A stretch of DNA of 61,796 bases, the filler included, from Porpidia crustulata (Eukaryota), in NCBI GenBank assembly GCA_964255105.1. It is 4 parts of 4 records of this genome, joined end to end, with 100 filler letters (N's around TTAATTAATTAA, not from the genome) between each part and the next. Parts side by side here need not be neighbours in the genome. Positions count along the whole stretch, not along the records: positions 46,429 to 61,796 come from CAXUWE010000316.1; 3 more parts are not named here. One strand, written 5' to 3'. The position numbers were made by a program, and so were the translations under genes. Positions within the stretch are counted from its first letter, which is position 1, and every line of letters starts with the position of its first letter. The notes under the pieces were generated by a model. That model saw only the letters and a list, made by a program, of their open reading frames with translations, was not told where the DNA came from and did not search any database. This document shows, one piece after another, positions 54,449 to 61,796 of this stretch.

Positions 54449-56639
54449 ATGGTCACCCGCAAGTCTTCCGGCTTCGGCCACGGCATAGTAAATCCGGCCA
54501 CGGCAATTGGACAAACCCTCTCCAAACAATCCAACGCTGACATCAAGAATCCCTGGGATCTCCCATCGCCGAAGCCTGTGCAGTCAAAGGAGAAGTGCCA
54601 AGTCCCCCAGGTACGCACGCCAAAGACTCTTTACCGATTCAGCGAAATAAATTAGATCTGACATACTTCAGCTTGGCGTGCATCTAGCAGACACCTCCTC
54701 CGATAATCCTCGAAAACTGTATGCGACGTTGCGAATTGATGGCCATGGCAAGTTCCAAGTGGAGAGCTCTCCATGCTTGCGAGGATCTCTTGATAGTATC
54801 TTTCCGCCGGACTGTGTGAACAATTTTATCAACGTCGCACTACTACAACAGCAACAGGTTGGATCAGCTCAAAGTAAGCATGAGTTAAGCTTCCCCGTCT
54901 GAAGCCCATACTTACACGGTTCAGATACAACCCACAAAGCCCAGCTTTCGGGCTCCTGGCAATCTATTGAGGACTTCAGGGCTAACCATCGTCGCTTGAT
55001 AAAGCAGCCAACAAAGAGAAGACGATATTCCTCGTGCCATATACCTACCTTGTCCAAGCAACGCAGATCAGCACCACAGGTAACCCCAAACCTTGCAGTT
55101 TCCAAGGCCTCTCTAGAGTCTACTGAAAACGAATCGTCGGAAAACGACGAAGACATTGAGAGAGGAAGTCAATTCAGAAGTATTCGAATAGGGGACAAGG
55201 TCGCTGTTGACGATGCTTACGTAAGTGCTTTTGAATCTGCACAGCAGATCCCTTGTAAGCAGATCGCCAAGGCTTGGATCAAAGCCATAGAGCCCAAGAA
55301 GCAATCTAGGTTCCCCTACAATGGGGGCGATTATAAAGACCTTGCTATACGATTGTATGGGAAGAAGCATCAAGGGTTTATTACTACGCCAGGATGGTGG
55401 CCGCCGGCGGGATGTCCGCACACAGAACCCGACCATATCAAGAAGGAAGGTGAGTGTGTTCACCACATGTTCAATATAGCTGCTGACGTTTTACAGAGCG
55501 TCTTATATTAATGTTACACTTAGTCAGAAACCTTGACGTATCTTCGAAAGACCTGGAAGCAGTCACGAATGAATGGATGCAGGCGATACAGGGGCAAGCC
55601 AAGAGGCCCATCAAACCAATACTTGATGAAATATACTACATTCGAAGGCACGAGGAGGCTTTGGCAAGAGGCGAAATTGGTAGGTACAGTTCCTTCACCG
55701 TGAGCGTCATAGTCGTCATACTCAATTCTATTTCTAGACAGCGATACTATGATAAATGTGACAATACACGCAAAGTCGAGGCCTATCAAACCTCGAAAGC
55801 CTTGCAAGAGGACAGAAATTTCCACTGATGCTGATAGGCGCCCTTTACGATGCAGTATACCGGCATCAGAGAAGCCAAGTGTCGCTTCCATGGACTCTCA
55901 AATGTTATCGCCTCTGGTCCCGTGTGCAGATCCTCAAATCCCAAAGCGTCGATGTGAGCAAGGCTTTTCAGGACTACAGACTCCATTTCTACGGGCAGGC
56001 ATCGCCGATCAGTCAAGCTTTTTCGCTCGAGGCGCTCAATCACCGTATCAGATGCGCAGTGGAATTCTGAGTAACAATGGTAGCACTCTGGGAAGTGGTG
56101 CTCCGAATGTCCAAACGCCGCTTGAAATCCCAGAGTTTGGTTCATCACGTGCCATAAGTGTTGATGGAGTTTCCGCGCAGAGGGACAGGAATGGCAACCT
56201 TCTTAACCCTATTCCAATGTACACTTGTCTTGACGGAAGTGTCCTCTACGATCCAAATCCGCAGAATTTCAAAGTCAAAGTTGAGAGATCCTCGTCGCTG
56301 TGCGATGATCAATTACTATCGTCATCACATTCCCAGATGGCTTTCAATGAGATATGTGATGACGGACAAGGCGCGGTCGAGACCTCCGGGATGTATCCTA
56401 AGGCATCGTTGCAGTCCGGATTACCAGCGGCTTTTCTCATGCAGCCAAATGGCCTGCCAATCATGCGCCCTCAACATCCTTTCTATTCACTGACCGGTGA
56501 TGTTGCAAACAACTTGCCAGCATTTCCGATGAATAATGATACCCTTGCGCCCTCGCTAGACTTTGCTTACGACACAATATTTGACGAATCAGACCAAAAC
56601 CCGGAATTCTATGGAAATCACCAGTACCCCCCTGGCTAG
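54449..56639 (+). CDS. DUF2841/YDR124W-like protein; 5 exons
   Basis: QQIPCKQIAKAWIKAIEPKKQSRFPYNGG...PGWWP..CPHTEPDHIKKEER family signature. Introns 54611-54671, 54874-54924, 55450-55496, 55680-55737 preserve frame. Confidence 0.85.
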
Positions 56640-57767
56640 TTATACCCTCGAGCATGATGCCGACGTATGGAAGATCGGGCAGCGACGTTACCTTCCACTT
56701 CTCAAAATCTCAGCAGCAACCCCGAATTATCGACATTCCAATCCGCATTCTACTGTACACCCCAAAAGTCCTTTCCTGCTTATCTGTGGTTCTCATGCAT
56801 CTAAAACAGTCATCCTTCCAGATTTAGTCCGAACACGTTACCCGGCGGCACATTATACCCCAGCGCTTCAGCGATCGATCTTGGGCGGCTTATTCAGTGC
56901 TCTTTGTTCGTAGCGATTCCCGGAGTGGCTTATACCCAACACTCTGAGTGGCGAGTTCTGCTGGCCAGCCGCGGATGGTGGTCTAATTGTTTCTTGCCTT
57001 TGCGAAGTTGTATCGAGCGGCCATTGAGGCTTAGATGGTGCTGGTTATTTTCTTATTTGGGGGAAACGGGCAAGGGATATATAATGAGTTACGATCGAGT
57101 AATATATTTAATCTCACCGTTCTGGGGCCTTGATCATTACAGCAGTCAACGTTGTACACAAAGTTATTTGCTCAAAGAACAGGACAACTCGCGGTTCTGC
57201 ACGGTCCATTTCCACAAACGTCCAGAAATCCCGCCCTCTATCCCAAAGTATTAGTATAATTGACCACGGCTTACAGGTGCACGGGGAGGTTCAATGCGGA
57301 AAAAGGGATATTGATGCACTTGAAAACCCCATGATCATCGATTTATTATCTGGTCTGATTAGTTTTGGTAGCACGCCCAGCTCAACATGAAGACTCCAAG
57401 AGGCTTCGATGGTAGCTTGGACAATGTTCTTGAATAGTCTCTTCTGTGGAAGGGTTATGTGGTGAGGGTATCATATCCCATGTTCCAGACAGGTAAGCGA
57501 GATGATCTAGCTGGAAATAGCAAGGTGGTAAAATATCTCACACGACTCCAGCTAAAAGCCACGGGTAGGGCTTAGGCTGTAATATAAGTTAACGTGATCT
57601 TGGTGACAATCCGGAAACAGGTACGAGTATCACATGGCAGGTACTCTCACTCGTGACAAAGCCCAATCATCTGAGGCGCATGCATTCCTCTGACTGAAGC
57701 TGCACTAAGTCTCTATCAATGTACATTGTTGAGCAGGAACGCGGCCATCTTACGAACGGTCTGCGCG

Positions 57768-60700
57768 ATGACAACACCACAAGCTCCACGAGATCCTATA
57801 AGAGACGGTCGAGGCCGGGGCCGAGGTCGCGCAGTCTTCCCACCAAGAGAGAGCAGAAGTGATGGCAGAGTAAAGCCGGCCCCCCGACAACCACATACTT
57901 CGGGAGGTCCAACTAGTTCAACCGGCGCGCCTTCACAGTCGATCAAGCCTCCCCCAAAGCAGAATGGGAGCAGTACCAGGATCCCAAAGGTTGGGACGAC
58001 TTCGTCATCGGCAGTTCGAGGACGAATAGGCATACCTCTCAAATCTTCTCGAAAGCTCGACCAAGAATCTCAAAAGGAGGGTTGGCGGAACGCCGTTGTG
58101 GAGCCTAGCAGTTCATATCAGAAGAGCATGGGCGACCTGTTTCAAGTGGTATGTATCCTCTACTCAAATGTACTGACGGAAGGGTATCCATAGTGACTTT
58201 TGCGTGTGTTTGAATCAACAGCTTAAGCCCAAGCGGGATGCAGAAAGAAAGGATGCTGTGAAGAAAGGATTTCTTGCGGATCCGGACAGGCCTGTCTCGC
58301 TAGAAAATGCTATAACAATGGTTGGGACCTGTCAGGACATGTGTCCGGAGTTTGAGCGAGTAGAGCGAATAGTGCAGCTTAACGTCGATAAGTGCGAAAA
58401 AGTGAGGATCAATGCGATATTCGAAACGTGAGGGCTTCGCTGATGGATATACCCAGACTTTGTCAAAGTCAGAGACCAAAGTGCCATGCGAGGAATTCAT
58501 GGTGAAAAGGTTTCGTCGATCTGCAGCTGGCAATGACGAACAACTACCCTCAGATATCCGACCACCACTTGTTCTCCAAAGGACTTTGGAATACTTATTT
58601 GACAAAGTTGTTGGTGGCTCGCAACCATTGGCCGCTGTTCACAAATTTGTTTGGGATCGCACAAGAGCGATTCGAAATGATTTCTCAATCCAACAGCTTA
58701 CGAAGGTCCCTGATTTATGTATCGCTATTGACTGCCTCGAACGGATTGCTCGCTTTCATATTCTATCTCTGCATCAAATGTCAAAACCCGGTGTTGACCA
58801 TGGAGATTTCGATGCTCACCAAGAACGGGAACAACTGAACAATACGCTCCTATCACTCATGTACTACTACGATGACAGTAGACACAAGATGACATTCCCC
58901 AATGAAGCCGAATTTCGGGCTTACTGCATTGTCTTAGAAATTCAGGACCACAGACCGGACCTTGAAGACCGAGCGCAGCTGTGGCCGAAGCCGTTGCTTC
59001 AAGACCCACGAGTACGGACCGCCTTAAGACTCTATGCTGCAGCTGGAAATACGTCTGATCGCCAGGGACCTCTACGACCACCAGCTGCGTTTTCCATCGC
59101 GCAAGCATATACCGGACGTTTTTGGAGCTTAGTCAAGTCCAGTGCTGTTCCATATCTCATGGCATGCGTCGCTGAGATATACTTTGGCGTCATTCGCAGT
59201 ATGGCATTAGAGACGATATGGAAGGCCTACAAGGGTAAAAGGGGCGGACCAACAAAGATGGAGGATTGGATTCTTGGAGATTTGACGATTGCGCTTGGAT
59301 TCGATGATGATGAGGATACCGAAACTTTCTGCGAAGAGTACGGGTTCACGATTGCTGCAAAGGATAATGGGGAATTTTACATTGATCTTGCCTCGGTGGC
59401 TGGTAGATATCTCGAAGGTCAGTCAATATCCTGGGGATACATTTGATGCTTGCAAACTACTTATAGACACGAACCCACGAAGGAAACAAATGTTTTCACA
59501 GACATTGGTGGAGCCGAAACGACTAGGTCGAACGTTGACCGCTGTGATTAATGGCCTGAGTGTTTCTCAAGCTCGTTCCCAAGGCCTCGTTATTCAGTCC
59601 CCTGCCGCCGAGATCTCTTCGACATCTGATAATGAACCCCTATTCATGGAAGATTCGGAAGAAGAACAGACACGAGAAAAGTCACGATCTAGTACTTTGA
59701 TTGGGGGAGACGCATCGAAGAGTGACTCGTCAAATTTGAATCCGGGCGCCAGGCAATTCAATCCCACTTCGTCGCCTTTCAAACCTCCGGCCTCGAGCGG
59801 GTTCTCCTTTGCTTCAAGTGGTTCTTTCGGCATGCCTAGCACTATCAGTAATGCGACAACGTCCGCGGATATTTCCTCCATCTTCAAATCTGCAGCCTCT
59901 AGAACAGAAGATTCAAAACTCGTTGCCACGGAAAAGCCACCTGCCAAACCGAGCCTTACTAACGGTAATTTCACGCCTTCGAGGACTGGCGAGAATGGCT
60001 CTCAGCAGAAAGATGTGTTCAAACAACCACCGACAATCTCGTTTGGCACCTCCTCACTATTTGATATTGCTAAGATCGGTGATTCGAAGAGTGATCCTGT
60101 AGACAAAGTTGCAGCAGCAACAGATTCGACCCCGACACCCGCAGTCTCGATATTTGCTACCCCAAAGGCTCAGAAATCTCCATCAAGTACGCCTGCTTCT
60201 ACGTTGTTCCCAAAGCCTCCACCTGCTTCTACGATATTACCACCGCCTACAACGACTTCTACATTCCCCCCCATCTCTACAGCAAAAGCTTCTCCATTTT
60301 CTCCACCAAAAACTTCTGAAAGCCCTAGTGCGCCACCGTCAATGGAAAATCCAAGCCCTTTTTCAAAATTTCTCCCATCCAGCGAAAGACCAATATTTCC
60401 TACTCAAGAAGAATCCCGGAAATCGGTGTCCTCTCCGTTTACGCCATCTTTCGCCAAATCTACCAGCTCAGAGACGCCTACGACTATTCCCTCACAACCT
60501 CAACCTTTTCTTCTACCAACGTCAACAGCGCCCTTACCAACAAAACCCGCATTTTCTCAATCTGCAACCTCGTTCTCTCCCACGGGCACACCCTCGTCCC
60601 ATCCTAAATCTTCTTTTGCTCCCACACCCCCACCATTTCCAATCAATTCCACACAGTCTCCACTTACGCCCATGCTGTCACCTGCGGAACAAGCCAAGAT

Positions 60701-61796
60701 TAGACCCCCAAAGCCAGACCCCCGACCGGCAACACTCGATAAGATTTCCCAGGCCATTGTGATGGACGAAGACGGCCTCTTAGCACAGTTCGTCGAGTAC
60801 ACCATCGGTCCTATTATTGCTGCATCGTTCCGACAAGTCAAGGATGAGCGGTCTTGGACCAAAGCAAGTACGTGCTCATTGTTAGGATCGAATCCCAAGG
60901 CAGATACTGATAAGTCATAGGGGAAATTCGTGCTATACTACTTGGCAAAAAGTACGTCAAAAAGTGGCAAGCCAATGCTTGGAAAAGGGGTCTATTACGG
61001 AAGGGGAAAGAGCGGAGAAAGAATTTTGCGCAGTCAATGCGAGACCTCGCGCAGAGCACACGAAATCGAAGATTCGACCCCATTTCAACTTCTCAGTATC
61101 AAGTGGTTACTCAGGAAAGTCAGCACAAGACACACGGTCAGAACACGATGCCTCCACCCTCAACACCATCTCAAAAGCGCACTAGCCTCCCTACGGATCT
61201 TAGTGGACAAACATACTCATCTGATCCATCGTCGAACAAGAAGCGAAAACACCATCACTCACCAATCCAAACCGATCAGATATCCTCCAAGACTAACAAA
61301 ACATCTCACAAGCAGTCTAGCACAATTGCAGGACTTTCGATGTCACATCCGCCTCAAAAACGCATATGCTCATCCGAATTTTCTCGTACAGGTTACTCAA
61401 CGCTGGCCAATGGCACAATCATAGACGATTCACTTATGAAGAAAGCCCGGCAACTTGCCGGCAAAGCTAAAACTGACACGACCAACACGGACTACTTCCT
61501 CTTGAAATCTCGAGGCATCGATCCTGACACCCCAATCATTCCTAGGACCTCGAAAAGACAATCCACGACCTTGGGCCAAGACCCACCTCTAAACAATAAA
61601 GTCTCTAAAATAAGTCCACCAAACTCATCTAGTCAACCTTTCGCTCACCGTATCAACCGCGGCACGTCCCCTCGACCGCTTCCAATAACGACCACTCCCC
61701 AACCCGCATCAACCACAACCCCAACGACTAAAACCAACCCCCCCAACCCCCCCCCCCCCCACTACGCCACCCACCCCACCGACCCCACCCCCCACC
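57768..61796 (+). CDS. SAC3: Sac3/GANP mRNA-export (TREX-2) scaffold, 3'-truncated at window end
   Basis: GTCQDMCPEFER, VKRFRRSAAG..QLPSDIRP, FVWDRTRAIRNDFSIQ, CLERIARFHI; late motif DTTNTDYFLLKSRGIDPDTP. Introns 58149-58221, 58402-58456, 59418-59466, 60868-60920; no stop before the end. Confidence 0.93.

Noticed and set aside
61735..61796. C-rich tail as a telomere or G-quadruplex element
   Set aside because: Irregular C/A run at the contig end inside the open SAC3 frame, not (CCCTAA)n; likely Pro/Thr-coding low complexity or poor-quality terminal sequence.

Overview
Eukaryotic (fungal, Pezizomycotina; possibly a lichen-forming Lecanoromycete, which is only an impression) genomic DNA with short spliceosomal introns. 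The window is not one locus. It is four contigs (15382, 15376, 15370 and 15368 bp, strictly decreasing in length) joined by identical 100-nt spacers (44N-TTAATTAATTAA-44N), so adjacency across spacers is artefactual. Contig 1: uncharacterised conserved protein, PSY2/PP4R3, Rgf3/Tus1-type RhoGEF. Contig 2: 3-hydroxyisobutyrate dehydrogenase, Bqt4/MtgA-like APSES membrane protein, Q/Y-rich CCHC zinc-knuckle protein, PPG1, AP-3 beta (APL6), and a hypothetical protein. Contig 3: a truncated gene start, MME1-type mitochondrial carrier, LAT1, SEC7, phospholipase D. Contig 4: YCF1-type ABCC transporter, DUF2841/YDR124W-like protein, 3'-truncated SAC3/GANP. I found no transposon, tRNA, rRNA, CRISPR array or biosynthetic cluster. 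The best non-routine candidates are an unannotated box C/D snoRNA in the long second intron of the dehydrogenase gene, a hypothetical protein with SWSAP1/Shu-type Rad51-paralog architecture, a small spliced ORF divergent from PSY2, and several non-canonical splice sites. Intron coordinates were derived by hand from splice signals and frame continuity; family assignments are from recalled sequence motifs, not database searches.
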